DNA of 64,000 bases, taken from Eubacteriales bacterium. GTDB taxonomy: Bacteria > Bacillota > Clostridia > Oscillospirales > CAG-272. A program made the position numbers and the translations under genes. The stretch covers positions 15,065 to 79,064 of the forward strand of contig JAZOUV010000023.1 of NCBI GenBank assembly GCA_045658315.1, given 5' to 3'. The notes beneath the pieces were generated by a model. The model saw nothing but the letters and a program-made list of their open reading frames with translations, searched no databases and had not been told where the DNA came from. Below are positions 29,674-38,522 of this stretch, one piece after another (positions within the stretch are counted from its first letter, which is position 1; every line of letters begins with the position of its first letter).

Positions 29674-31197
29674 ATGAATCCAAAGCTGAAAGAAAAAACA
29701 AAAGAATCACTGACCGCCGTTTTGCCTATAACAGCGATAGTATTGCTGTTAAGCATATTTCTTGTGCCGATGGAACTGGGACATATAGTGTTGTTTCTGA
29801 CGGGAGCATTGATGCTCATAATGGGAATGGGACTTTTCCAGTTGGGTGCAGAAATGGCAATGACTCCGCTTGGAGAGGGTATAGGTGTTCAGGTGTCAAA
29901 ATCGAAAAGGGTATTGACAGTACTCCTTCTCGGTTTTATAATGGGCTTTATTATTACAATTTCAGAGCCTGACCTACAGGTTCTGGCGGAGCAAGTGCCC
30001 GGTGTTCCCAATAACACTCTGATAATTGCCGTAGCCGTAGGCGTAGGATTATTTCTTGCCTTGGCTATTGTCAGAATTAGAGACCAGATTAGCCTTTCTA
30101 TGATGCTTTTGGTGTTCTATGCGGCATTGTTGGCGTTGTCGTTCTTCGTTCCAAAGAGCTTCGTTGCCGTTGCCTTTGACTCGGGCGGTGTAACAACCGG
30201 TCCTATGACTGTGCCATTTATTATGGCTATGGGTGTCGGCTTGGCATCTGTTCGTAGCGACAAAAACGCAGACAGCGACAGCTTCGGTCTTGTAGCATTG
30301 TCAAGTGTTGGTCCTATTCTTGCTGTAATGGTGTTGGGGTGCTTTTTTAAGCCTGATGCGGCTGAATATACGCTGACCGATATACAAAGTGTAACAACTA
30401 CAAGAGATGTTGCAAACGTGTTTATGCGTGGAATACCAAAATTTGCCGAAGAGGTATTTGTTTCTTTGCTTCCCATAGTAGCGGTATTTATTATATTCCA
30501 GCTTGTTTGTAAAAGATATCACGGAAAGCAGATTGCGAAGATTTTGATTGGTATAGGTTATACTTATATAGGACTTGTATTATTTTTGTGCGGAGTAAAC
30601 CTCGGTTTTGCCCCCGTGGGTGCTTATCTTGGGGAACAGCTTGCACTTATTAATTATAATTGGGCGATTATTCCTATAGGTATGCTGATAGGTTATTATA
30701 TAGTTAAGGCAGAGCCGGCGATACAGATATTAAATCATCAGGTTGAGAGCGTAACCGACGGTGCTATATCCGTAAAGGCTATGAATACCTGTATGTCTGT
30801 GGGTGTATCTGTGTCCGTAGGCTTGGCGATGTTGAGAGTAATGACGGGGATATCGATAATGTGGATAGTGATTCCCGGATATGTGATAGCTTTATCACTT
30901 GCGTTTGTTGTGCCGAAACTTTTTGTTGGTATAGCCTTTGACTCGGGCGGTGTTGCCAGTGGCCCTATGACTTCAACGTTTTTGTTGCCGTTAAGTATAG
31001 GTGCTTGCTCGGCGGTGGGCGGAAATCTTATGACAGATGCTTTTGGTGTTGTGGCATTGGTTGCATTGACTCCACTTATAGCGATACAGATAATGGGGCT
31101 TGTATATAGGCTCAAGACCGAGAAACTGGAAAAGAATATCGAGCAGATCGTGGTTTCCGCTGACAGCGACGATATTATTGACTTGGAGGAGGATTGA
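29674..31197 (+). CDS. DUF1538-family integral membrane protein (internally duplicated)
   Basis: 507 aa and polytopic. Two homologous halves each carry AFDSGGV(T/A)(T/S)GPMT (aa ~167 and ~422). Confidence 0.8.
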   Translation: MNPKLKEKTKESLTAVLPITAIVLLLSIFLVPMELGHIVLFLTGALMLIMGMGLFQLGAEMAMTPLGEGIGVQVSKSKRVLTVLLLGFIMGFIITISEPDLQVLAEQVPGVPNNTLIIAVAVGVGLFLALAIVRIRDQISLSMMLLVFYAALLALSFFVPKSFVAVAFDSGGVTTGPMTVPFIMAMGVGLASVRSDKNADSDSFGLVALSSVGPILAVMVLGCFFKPDAAEYTLTDIQSVTTTRDVANVFMRGIPKFAEEVFVSLLPIVAVFIIFQLVCKRYHGKQIAKILIGIGYTYIGLVLFLCGVNLGFAPVGAYLGEQLALINYNWAIIPIGMLIGYYIVKAEPAIQILNHQVESVTDGAISVKAMNTCMSVGVSVSVGLAMLRVMTGISIMWIVIPGYVIALSLAFVVPKLFVGIAFDSGGVASGPMTSTFLLPLSIGACSAVGGNLMTDAFGVVALVALTPLIAIQIMGLVYRLKTEKLEKNIEQIVVSADSDDIIDLEED

Positions 31198-31198
31198 A

Positions 31199-31879
31199 AT
31201 GGAAAAGGAAAAAAGCCCGATTATCAGGACTTTAGTGTTGATAACGACAGAAAAATCTGCTAATAGAGCAGTTGAAATGTTTAAGACAGACGGAATTCAT
31301 ATAAAATACAGTGTGCTTGCGGAAGGAACGGCATCAAGCGAGATACTCGATATGCTGGGACTTGGAAGTACGGAGAAGAGAATATTAATAGCTCTGATGC
31401 CAAAGATAAAGGCGGATATAACGGTTGAGAAGCTTCATAATGAACTGGCAATGAGCAAGGCAGACAGTGGAATAGCATTTACCTTGCCCGTAACCGGTGC
31501 AAGCGGAGCTTTAATGCAGATGATGGCAGAGGGAGAAAGAACAGAAGAAGAGAAGAAAGAAGAGGAAAAAACTATGGGCAATAGCCATACAATGATAACG
31601 GCGATATTGAATAGAGGCTTCAGCAGCGAGGTAATGAAAGTTGCAAAGGAAGCGGGAGCACGTGGTGGCACGGTAATACACAGCCGTCAGATGATTGACG
31701 AAGATACTATGGGCTTCTGGGGTATGAGTATGCAGGAAGAAAAGGAAATGTTGCTTATAATAACCGAAATAGAAAAGAAGCTTACAATAATGAAAGCTAT
31801 AACCGAACAGTTTGGTATGCATAGCGAGGCAAAAGGCATAGTTGTTTCGACACCTATTGACACTGTAATGGGCATATAA
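31199..31879 (+). CDS. tandem P-II-like signalling protein
   Basis: 226 aa from ATG 31199 (GGAGGAGG SD upstream; the TGA stop of the upstream gene ends 1 nt before the ATG). Two ~100-aa halves of P-II/ferredoxin-like character are joined by a Glu/Lys linker. The track start at 31100 overlaps the DUF1538 gene and is rejected. Confidence 0.65.
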   Translation: MEKEKSPIIRTLVLITTEKSANRAVEMFKTDGIHIKYSVLAEGTASSEILDMLGLGSTEKRILIALMPKIKADITVEKLHNELAMSKADSGIAFTLPVTGASGALMQMMAEGERTEEEKKEEEKTMGNSHTMITAILNRGFSSEVMKVAKEAGARGGTVIHSRQMIDEDTMGFWGMSMQEEKEMLLIITEIEKKLTIMKAITEQFGMHSEAKGIVVSTPIDTVMGI

Positions 31880-32118
31880 AACATAAAACAAAGCTGTCGT
31901 TTTTATTTAAATGAAAATCGGCAGTTTTCTGTTTTTATATGGGAACAAAAACATTATTTCTACAAACAAAACCTCACCTCTATATACTGTACAAGCAGTT
32001 AAGACGAAGAGAATAATAAAAAGGGTGTAAATTTTTAAGATACATTTGTCTAAAAAATTATATCAAATAGAACAGAGATATTATTTTAAAAGAATTCTAA
32101 ATTCTTTCTTTTTTTCAT

Positions 32119-32189
32119 ACTTTCTTGGTGCCAAGAAAGTATTGCAAAGAAGGCACAAAGGGAAGGAGCGTTTCGATTCGCTCCTTCCC
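32119..32189. repeat. two strong hairpins/palindromes preceding the tandem repeats
   Basis: ACTTTCTTGG-tg-CCAAGAAAGT at 32119-32140. GGGAAGGAGCG-tttcgatt-CGCTCCTTCCC at 32160-32189, an 11-bp GC-rich stem with no T-run. Confidence 0.85.
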
Positions 32190-32221
32190 CTTGACCCCTT
32201 CCTCACAAACGACCAAAGGTG

Positions 32222-32600
32222 TTCCCCCTTTGGAATCCTCCTTGGTTTGTGCGTAGTTATAATATATTACTTAAAGGTGAAGTGCTATTTATGGATAGTA
32301 TTTTTAAAAATACTATCTAAGGCATTCCCCTTTGGAATCCTCCTTGGTTTGTACGTAGTTATTACATATTACTTAAAGGTGAAGTGCTATTTATAGATAG
32401 TATTTTTTAAAATACTATCTAAGGCATTCCCCTTTGGAATCCTCCTTGGTATGTGCATAGTTATAATGACAACATAGAGGTGAAATTCTATTTATAGATA
32501 GGTATTTTTTTAAAATACTATCTAAGATATTCCCTCTTTGGAATCCTCCTTGGTATGTGATTAGTTATGATAATTTCTTAGAGGTAAAATGCATGTATTA
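32222..32600. repeat. tandem repeat, about 3.7 units of ~102 bp
   Basis: Units start at 32222, 32325, 32427 and 32530. The TTTGGAATCCTCCTTGG block recurs at 32229, 32331, 32433 and 32537 (periods 102, 102, 104). R1/R2 are ~93% identical, and R3 and R4 are progressively diverged. AT palindromes lie at 32294-32317, 32395-32420 and 32496-32523. Confidence 0.9.
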
Positions 32601-32623
32601 AGCAAGAAAATATGTAAAAACTA

Positions 32624-32652
32624 TTGACGGAAAAGTATATAAAGTATATAAT
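32624..32652 (+). promoter_or_regulatory. promoter of the potABCD operon (long leader)
   Basis: TTGACG (32624-32629), a 17-nt spacer, then TATAAT (32647-32652). Predicts a ~385-nt 5' UTR before potA. Confidence 0.65.
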
Positions 32653-33042
32653 ATATTATTGTACACGAAAAATAAAATATATAGACGATTTTTGCATCTG
32701 TGCCAACATTTTTGTCAAAAGCAAAGGTTTGACAAAATCTATCATCACCTTTTTTCTACTAACTTACGGGCACGTGTAGATTATATCCGTAAAAAAGGCA
32801 AGATGTACATATCAGGGCAGTTCTTAACAAGAGCCGTTTTTAAGGTTAGTCTGACTTTAAATTGAGAAACCGAACGCTGCAGCCGTGTTTAAGTTTGCGG
32901 AAGTTTTATTAAATAACCGCAAGGCGTATATACGGTTGTAACAAACTCTTTGCGGGGGCGTTGGGTTAGCCCGATATGGGGTTCGCGCAGAGCTTAACTA
33001 TGAAGCTGTACGCGGTCTTTACCGCAAAGGGGGATGCAAAAA

Positions 33043-34164
33043 ATGAACCAGAAAAATATTATTGAACTAAAGAACATCACCGTGGAGTTTGACGGCGAAA
33101 AGGTGCTTGACAATCTCAACTTGTCTATAAGAGACAAGGAGTTTGTTACACTTTTGGGGCAGTCGGGTTGCGGAAAAACAACCACCCTCAGAATAATTGC
33201 CGGTTTCATTCAGCCTCAGTCGGGAGATGTTTTTTTTGACGGTCAGTCGGAGCTTGGCGTTCCGCCTTACAAAAGACCTGTTAATACCGTCTTCCAAAGA
33301 TACGCTTTGTTCCCGAACTATAACGTATATGACAATATAGCTTTCGGACTCAGAGTCAGCAAGGTTCCCGAAAAGGAAATTGAGCAGAAGGTAAAGGATA
33401 TGCTTAAGCTTGTTAATCTGCAAGGCTTTGAAAAGAGAAGTGTAGCAAGATTGTCGGGCGGTCAGCAACAGAGAGTTGCAATTGCAAGAGCCGTTATAAA
33501 CGAGCCGAAGGTGTTGCTTCTTGACGAGCCTTTGGCGGCTTTGGATTTGAAACTTCGCAAAGATATGCAGAACGAGCTTAAGAATATTCAGAGAGAGCTC
33601 GGAATAACTTTTATATACGTAACGCATGACCAGGAAGAAGCTTTGTCTTTGTCCGATACAGTTGTCGTTATGCACGAGGGCAAGATTCAGCAGATAGGCA
33701 GTCCTATCGATATTTATAACGAGCCTGAAAATGCATTTGTTGCCGATTTTATTGGTGAATCGAATATTATTGACGGCGTTATGAAGGAGGACTACCGTGT
33801 ATCTCTCGTCGGCAAGACATTTGAATGTCTTGACAAAGGCTTTAAAAAGAATGAGCCTGTTGACGTAGTAATAAGACCTGAAGACGTTGATATCGTTCCC
33901 GTAGAAAAGGGAATGCTTGTGGGTGAAGTAACCTCCGTTCTTTTCAGAGGCGTTCATTTTGAAATAATTATAGACGTTGAGGGCTTTAAGTGGATGATAC
34001 AGACAACCGACGAAAGTCGAGTTGGCGACAAGGTTGGGCTTTATATTGAGCCTGACGCTATCCACGTTATGAAGAAGTCCAAGTATTCGGGACAGTATGG
34101 CGACTACAGTACGTACAGCGACGAAATGGACAGAATGAGCGATGTCGAAGAGGTAGAAGAATGA
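33043..34164 (+). CDS. potA: spermidine/putrescine ABC transporter ATP-binding protein
   Basis: Walker [10 protein letters not shown], signature [14 protein letters not shown], Walker B LLLDEP, and a C-terminal TOBE-like domain. Start at ATG 33043, 8 nt after AAGGGGGA. ATG 33034 has no spacing to the SD. Confidence 0.9.
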   Translation: MNQKNIIELKNITVEFDGEKVLDNLNLSIRDKEFVTLLGQSGCGKTTTLRIIAGFIQPQSGDVFFDGQSELGVPPYKRPVNTVFQRYALFPNYNVYDNIAFGLRVSKVPEKEIEQKVKDMLKLVNLQGFEKRSVARLSGGQQQRVAIARAVINEPKVLLLDEPLAALDLKLRKDMQNELKNIQRELGITFIYVTHDQEEALSLSDTVVVMHEGKIQQIGSPIDIYNEPENAFVADFIGESNIIDGVMKEDYRVSLVGKTFECLDKGFKKNEPVDVVIRPEDVDIVPVEKGMLVGEVTSVLFRGVHFEIIIDVEGFKWMIQTTDESRVGDKVGLYIEPDAIHVMKKSKYSGQYGDYSTYSDEMDRMSDVEEVEE

Positions 34165-34982
34165 AGAAACGCGGTTGGGGATCTGTAGCGTTAAACGCAC
34201 CCTATACCGTTTGGTCTGTAATATTTATAGTTGTCCCCCTTTTTATTGTGGGATATTACGCATTTACGGACAAAAGCGGTGCGTTTACATTTGATAATAT
34301 AATAGAATTAAAGGAATACGGCGACATATTCTTTATATCGGTGTGGTATTCCGTTTTAGCCACCGTAATATGTTTGCTTATAAGCTATCCCTTTGCATAT
34401 TTTCTGAGCAGACAGAGCGAACAGTCAAGAAGATTGCAGATGATGCTCGTTATGCTTCCTATGTGGATGAACCTTCTCATCAGAACTTATTCTTGGATGA
34501 ATATTCTTGAAAAGAACGGTATAATCAATAATCTTCTTACCGGTATCGGTCTTGAGCCTATAAAGATGATAGGTACTCCGGGGGCGGTTATATTCGGTAT
34601 GGTGTACAACTATCTGCCATATATGATATTACCAATATATACTGTAATGAGCAAGATTGAGCCTTCGCTGCTCGAGGCGGCGGAAGACCTCGGTTGTAAC
34701 GGCTTCAACAAGATGCGTCGCGTAATAATGCCTTTGAGTTTACCCGGTGTTATCTCGGGAATTACAATGGTGTTTGTTCCCTCGGTTAGTACGTTCTACA
34801 TCAGCCAAAAGCTTGGCGACGGTAAAATTATGCTCGTCGGCGACGCTATCGAAAGACAGATGCAGGCGGCATACAACTACAATTTAGGAGCTTCGATTAG
34901 CCTTGTATTGATGATAATGATTATAATCAGTATGGCTATAATGAACAAGTTCTCCGACGAAGAGGGAGGGCTTGTTATATGA
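34161..34982 (+). CDS. potB: spermidine/putrescine ABC transporter permease
   Basis: 273 aa and polytopic. EAA-loop region [27 protein letters not shown]. 4-nt overlap with potA. Confidence 0.9.
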   Translation: MKKRGWGSVALNAPYTVWSVIFIVVPLFIVGYYAFTDKSGAFTFDNIIELKEYGDIFFISVWYSVLATVICLLISYPFAYFLSRQSEQSRRLQMMLVMLPMWMNLLIRTYSWMNILEKNGIINNLLTGIGLEPIKMIGTPGAVIFGMVYNYLPYMILPIYTVMSKIEPSLLEAAEDLGCNGFNKMRRVIMPLSLPGVISGITMVFVPSVSTFYISQKLGDGKIMLVGDAIERQMQAAYNYNLGASISLVLMIMIIISMAIMNKFSDEEGGLVI

Positions 34983-35791
34983 AAACTTTCGGAAAGATAT
35001 TTAACACCTGCGTATACGTTTTGCTTTATGCCCCCTTGCTTATAATGGTGTTTTTTAGCTTTAACGAGTCGAAAAGTACCTCCGTATTTACAGGCTTTTC
35101 GCTGAAATGGTATCAAGAGCTTTTTTCAAAGAGTGATATAATTGAAGCTTTGTCGAATACGCTTGTATTGGCGGTGCTGTCATCCCTTATTGCAACCGTA
35201 CTCGGAACGGTGGCGGCGGTTGGTCTCTACAAAATGAGAAGCAAGTTCCTCTACAATACTATGAATACCGTAACGAACCTGCCCATGATGAACCCCGATA
35301 TTGTAACGGGTGTATCATTAATGCTTTTGTTCGTATTCGCGGGCAGAATGCTTGGCTTTGCCGAATATCTGAGCTTTTGGACACTTTTGATAGCTCATAT
35401 TACTTTTAACTTGCCCTACGTTATACTGAACGTTTTGCCAAAGCTCCGACAGACTGACGTTAGTCTTTACGAGGCGGCAATGGACTTGGGGTGTACACCC
35501 ATTAAAGCCTTCTTTAAGGTAATAATGCCTTCAATAATGCCCGGTGTTGTTTCGGGGGCATTGATGGCGTTTACCCTGTCGCTTGACGACTTTGTGATAA
35601 GTTATTATACCACAGGTGCCGATTTCCAGACATTGCCCCTTAAGATATTTGCAATGACGAAGAAGACGGTTAAGCCTGATATGTATGCGTTATCATCGCT
35701 GATTTTCGTAACGATACTCGTTTTGCTTATCGTTATTAACATTCTTCAAGAGAAATCCGAAAGAAAACTGAAGGGAGAAACTAAGAAATAA
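34979..35791 (+). CDS. potC: spermidine/putrescine ABC transporter permease
   Basis: 270 aa. EAA loop LYEAAMDLGCTPIKAFFKVIMPSIMPG. 4-nt overlap with potB. Confidence 0.9.
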   Translation: MKTFGKIFNTCVYVLLYAPLLIMVFFSFNESKSTSVFTGFSLKWYQELFSKSDIIEALSNTLVLAVLSSLIATVLGTVAAVGLYKMRSKFLYNTMNTVTNLPMMNPDIVTGVSLMLLFVFAGRMLGFAEYLSFWTLLIAHITFNLPYVILNVLPKLRQTDVSLYEAAMDLGCTPIKAFFKVIMPSIMPGVVSGALMAFTLSLDDFVISYYTTGADFQTLPLKIFAMTKKTVKPDMYALSSLIFVTILVLLIVINILQEKSERKLKGETKK

Positions 35792-36903
35792 TGAAAAGAT
35801 ATACAGCTATTTTTCTTGCATTTATAATGACTGTGTCGATGTTGAGCCTTGCTTCTTGCGGGGCGGCAAACGATACGGTCGAGAATCTTGAATCAACATA
35901 TTCGCAGGAATATGCGGGTACGACAATAAACGTATTTAACTGGGGAGAATATATTTCCGACGGAAGCGAAGGCTCTCTTGATGTAAACAAGGCTTTTGAA
36001 AACGCTACAGGTATTAGGGTTAACTACAGTAACTACGATAGCAACGAAGCTATGTACGCAAAAATGAAGAGTGAGGCGGTATCCTATGATATTGTTATCC
36101 CTTCCGACTATATGATTGAAAGACTTATCAATGAGAATATGCTCCAAAAAATTGACTTTTCAAAGATAAGCAACTATAAGAACATTTCCGATGAATACAA
36201 GGGTCTGTATTTCGATGAGAATGATGAATATTCGGTGCCTTACAGTGTCGGTATGGTAGGTCTTATATACAATACGACAATGGTAGAGGGAACACCGGAC
36301 AGTTGGAGCATTATGTGGGACAGCAAGTATAAGGACAATATACTTACATTCAACAACCCCAGAGATGCTTTTGCTATTTCTCAGTTTTTGCTTGGTATAG
36401 ACCTTAATACTACCGATAAGGCTGAATGGGATAAGGCGGCAAATAAGCTGAAAGAGCAGAACAAGGTTTTGCAGGGTAAAGTTATGGACCAGGTGTTTAA
36501 TAAGATGCAGGGCGGTAATGCCGCTATTGCACCCTATTACGCAGGCGATTTTCTTACGATGCAGAGCATAAACGAGGACTTGGCATTTGTTTATCCCAAA
36601 GAGGGAACAAACATATTTGTTGACTCTGTTTGTATTCCTGCAAACGCAAAGAACTATGAGGCAGCTTTGATGTATATAAACTTTTTGCTTGAGCCTGAGG
36701 TTGCATTGGCAAATGCAGAATATATATGCTATGCGACACCAAATACCGCAGTTCTCAACAACGAGGATTATTCGTTGAAGGATAACGGGATTCTTTATCC
36801 CGCAGAAGAAAATAAACCGAAAACGCAGTACTTCCATGACCTTGATGCAGATATCCGTTCATACTACGAAAAGCTCTGGGAAGATATATTGAGAGAATCA
36901 TAA
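35791..36903 (+). CDS. potD: spermidine/putrescine-binding lipoprotein
   Basis: 370 aa. Lipobox LSLASCG. INVFNWGEYI and PSDYMIERL motifs are typical of PotD/PotF binding proteins. Confidence 0.9.
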   Translation: MKRYTAIFLAFIMTVSMLSLASCGAANDTVENLESTYSQEYAGTTINVFNWGEYISDGSEGSLDVNKAFENATGIRVNYSNYDSNEAMYAKMKSEAVSYDIVIPSDYMIERLINENMLQKIDFSKISNYKNISDEYKGLYFDENDEYSVPYSVGMVGLIYNTTMVEGTPDSWSIMWDSKYKDNILTFNNPRDAFAISQFLLGIDLNTTDKAEWDKAANKLKEQNKVLQGKVMDQVFNKMQGGNAAIAPYYAGDFLTMQSINEDLAFVYPKEGTNIFVDSVCIPANAKNYEAALMYINFLLEPEVALANAEYICYATPNTAVLNNEDYSLKDNGILYPAEENKPKTQYFHDLDADIRSYYEKLWEDILRES

Positions 36904-36954
36904 GATATTTAGAGAGGATACGGGCGAACCCTATATCCTCTCTAATTGTATATA

Positions 36955-36992
36955 AAAAGATGCACTCGATTTTTGAATCGAGTGCATTTTGT
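36955..36992 (+). terminator. rho-independent terminator after potD
   Basis: ATGCACTCGATT-tttg-AATCGAGTGCAT plus TTTTGTG. It is preceded by a second hairpin, AGAGAGGATA...TATCCTCTCT (36911-36944). Confidence 0.8.
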
Positions 36993-37098
36993 GTTATAAA
37001 AGGCGGACGACTAATGGTCGCCCTACAAATTAGTCAATAATGTTTGCACAAACCGGAGTGGCAAGTTCTTTGCCAAGCTTTCTGCGAAAGAAAGTAGG

Positions 37099-37863
37099 TT
37101 AGAGTGTTGAGCCGAAGTCGGTAACGATTGCTTGACCGGTAATAGCTCTTGACTCGTCGGAAGCGAAGAAGAGGAGCATATTTGCAAGGTCATCGGGCAT
37201 ACAAGGCTGAACCTTGAGGTCATTATGTTTCATCATCTGACCAAATATATCCATATCAAGATTTGCGGGATTCATACCTGCAACCATAGGAGTAACGATA
37301 GTACCGGGGCAGAGTGTGTTACAACGAACTCCCGTACCTGCGAAACGCAATGCAGTATGTTTGGTAAGACCGATTATAGCAGCCTTGGAAGCGACGTAAG
37401 CCGCACCGCCTGTGCCGTAATAACCTGCAACAGATGCAACGTTAACGATAGAGCCAACGCCAGTCTTTGCCATCTCTGCACAAACCTCACGCATCATTAT
37501 CATAGTCCCCTTGGTGTTAATGTCGATAACCTTATCCATATCCTCGTCTGTAAATTTGTCAATAGCTTTAAGACCGGAATCAAGAACGCCTGCGTTGTTG
37601 ATAAGAATGTCAATCTTGCCAAATGCACTCAAAGTCTCGGCAACAACTTTTTTTGCGTCATCTACTTTAGAGATATCGCTTGCGATTGCAAGAACCTCAC
37701 CGCCTGCTTCGCGAATTTTTGTCGCAACTTCTTCGAGGGGAGCTACGCGACGTGCGGTTATAACTACCTTTGCACCTTCAGCTGCAAACTTAATAGCCGT
37801 GGCAGCTCCAACTCCGGAGTTTGCACCGGTAACAATAGCAACTTTTCCGTTTAAACGTTCCAT
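37099..37863 (-). CDS. SDR-family oxidoreductase
   Basis: 254 aa. Cofactor motif TGANSGVGAA, NNAG, and the catalytic YVASKAA (YxxxK). Confidence 0.9.
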   Translation of the reverse strand: MERLNGKVAIVTGANSGVGAATAIKFAAEGAKVVITARRVAPLEEVATKIREAGGEVLAIASDISKVDDAKKVVAETLSAFGKIDILINNAGVLDSGLKAIDKFTDEDMDKVIDINTKGTMIMMREVCAEMAKTGVGSIVNVASVAGYYGTGGAAYVASKAAIIGLTKHTALRFAGTGVRCNTLCPGTIVTPMVAGMNPANLDMDIFGQMMKHNDLKVQPCMPDDLANMLLFFASDESRAITGQAIVTDFGSTL

Positions 37864-38082
37864 ATTATAGAACCTCCGTAATTTATAAAAAATAATGTAA
37901 TACTAAGTAAATTATAACATTTTCTGTGTGAATTGTCAATTGTTTGAGAAATAGTTATATGTATACAGAATAAAATATCTTTATATAAAGCCTTAACAAT
38001 TGTTGTGTTAATTATTTTACGGTGTGCATAGATGATGTCAAAAAATGAAAGCATTGTTAACGAAAAGTTCATAATCTTTCTA

Positions 38083-38111
38083 TTGCAAAATGGTTTAAAA
38101 TGTGGTATAAT
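38083..38111 (+). promoter_or_regulatory. promoter of tRNA-Ser
   Basis: TTGCAA (38083-38088), a 17-nt spacer, then TATAAT (38106-38111). Confidence 0.65.
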
Positions 38112-38147
38112 CAGGGAAGTTGAATAAGTGAGAAATCACTTCACCGA

Positions 38148-38238
38148 GGAGAAGTACTCAAGTTGGTGAAGAGGCGCCCCTGCTAAGGGTGTAGGTCGGG
38201 TAACCGGCGCGAGAGTTCAAATCTCTCCTTCTCCGCCA
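38148..38238 (+). tRNA. tRNA-Ser (anticodon GCU), CCA encoded
   Basis: Manual cloverleaf. Acceptor GGAGAAG/CTTCTCC, anticodon stem CGCCC/GGGTG with loop CU-GCU-AA, long variable arm (type II), T arm GAGAG-TTCAAAT-CTCTC, discriminator G, then CCA. Confidence 0.9.
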
Positions 38239-38280
38239 AAAATACGACGGTATGGTAAAACCATTCCGTCGTATTTTTTT
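38239..38280 (+). terminator. rho-independent terminator after tRNA-Ser
   Basis: AAAATACGACGG-tatggtaaaaccatt-CCGTCGTATTTT plus T-run. Confidence 0.8.
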
Positions 38281-38467
38281 GGGTATGAAAAAGATTTGAA
38301 CTTGAGCGTCGGGAACCGGCAAGAGAGGGAGTGTTTCTCCGCGCCGCCTGTGGCGGAAGAAGCGGAGGAATACGAGTGGCAGCCGTTCGCTGAACAAGAG
38401 CAAATTCTTTTTGCGAATTGAGAAGCGGTAACGGCAACAGTGCGAAGGCGATGAAATCGCCAAGACA

Positions 38468-38487
38468 AAATCTCTCCTTCTCCGCCA
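38468..38487 (+). repeat. 20-nt exact duplicate of the tRNA-Ser 3' end (att-like direct repeat)
   Basis: AAATCTCTCCTTCTCCGCCA at 38219-38238 and again at 38468-38487. Similarity continues into the following A-rich/ACGAC sequence. Confidence 0.9.
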
Positions 38488-38488
38488 G

Positions 38489-38522
38489 AAAACGACAAGT
38501 TTCGACAGAAACTTGTCGTTTT
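38489..38522 (+). terminator. hairpin/terminator following the duplicated tRNA 3' end
   Basis: AAAACGACAAGTTTC-gaca-GAAACTTGTCGTTTT, a 15-bp stem with a short T-run. Confidence 0.55.

Noticed and set aside
32046-32396. 116-aa plus-strand ORF translating the tandem repeats (repeated PFGILLGL..YYLKVKCYL).
   Set aside because: There is no SD or credible start. The frame stays open only because R1-R2 happen to be 102 bp apart, and it is closed by a single G-to-A change in R2. R3 and R4 are not in an ORF.
32222-32600. Possible CRISPR array.
   Set aside because: Whole ~102-bp units repeat head to tail with no unique spacers. There are no cas genes in the window, and the unit length and internal palindrome are unlike CRISPR repeats.
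32659-32865. 68-aa ORF inside the pot leader, and the ATG at 33034 as the potA start.
   Set aside because: The 68-aa ORF has no SD and a basic, low-complexity product. ATG 33034 directly abuts the SD (0-nt spacing), whereas ATG 33043 has 8-nt spacing.
33067-34200. 377-aa minus-strand ORF covering the whole potA gene. Similar long antisense ORFs occur at 20229-21005 (cysS), 23975-24907 (pnp), 36160-36837 (potD), 54922-55659 (purL) and 62938-63801 (gdhA).
   Set aside because: Each lies exactly antisense to a gene with unmistakable conserved motifs. Their translations are low-complexity and Cys/Phe/Asn-rich with no recognisable motifs or SD. They are frame shadows in AT-biased coding sequence.
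38283-38487. A second tRNA, a tmRNA or another tRNA-like gene ending at the duplicated CCA end.
   Set aside because: Only the 3' half of the T arm and the acceptor strand are present. There is no complementary 5' acceptor strand (GGAGAAG) at a suitable distance, no D or anticodon arms, and no tmRNA-type 5' end or tag reading frame.
38158-38498. Three overlapping minus-strand ORFs (101, 84 and 93 aa) across the tRNA-Ser region.
   Set aside because: They run antisense through a well-folded tRNA gene, its terminator and the duplicated 3' end. No SD is present. They are artefacts of a GC-rich, stop-poor stretch.
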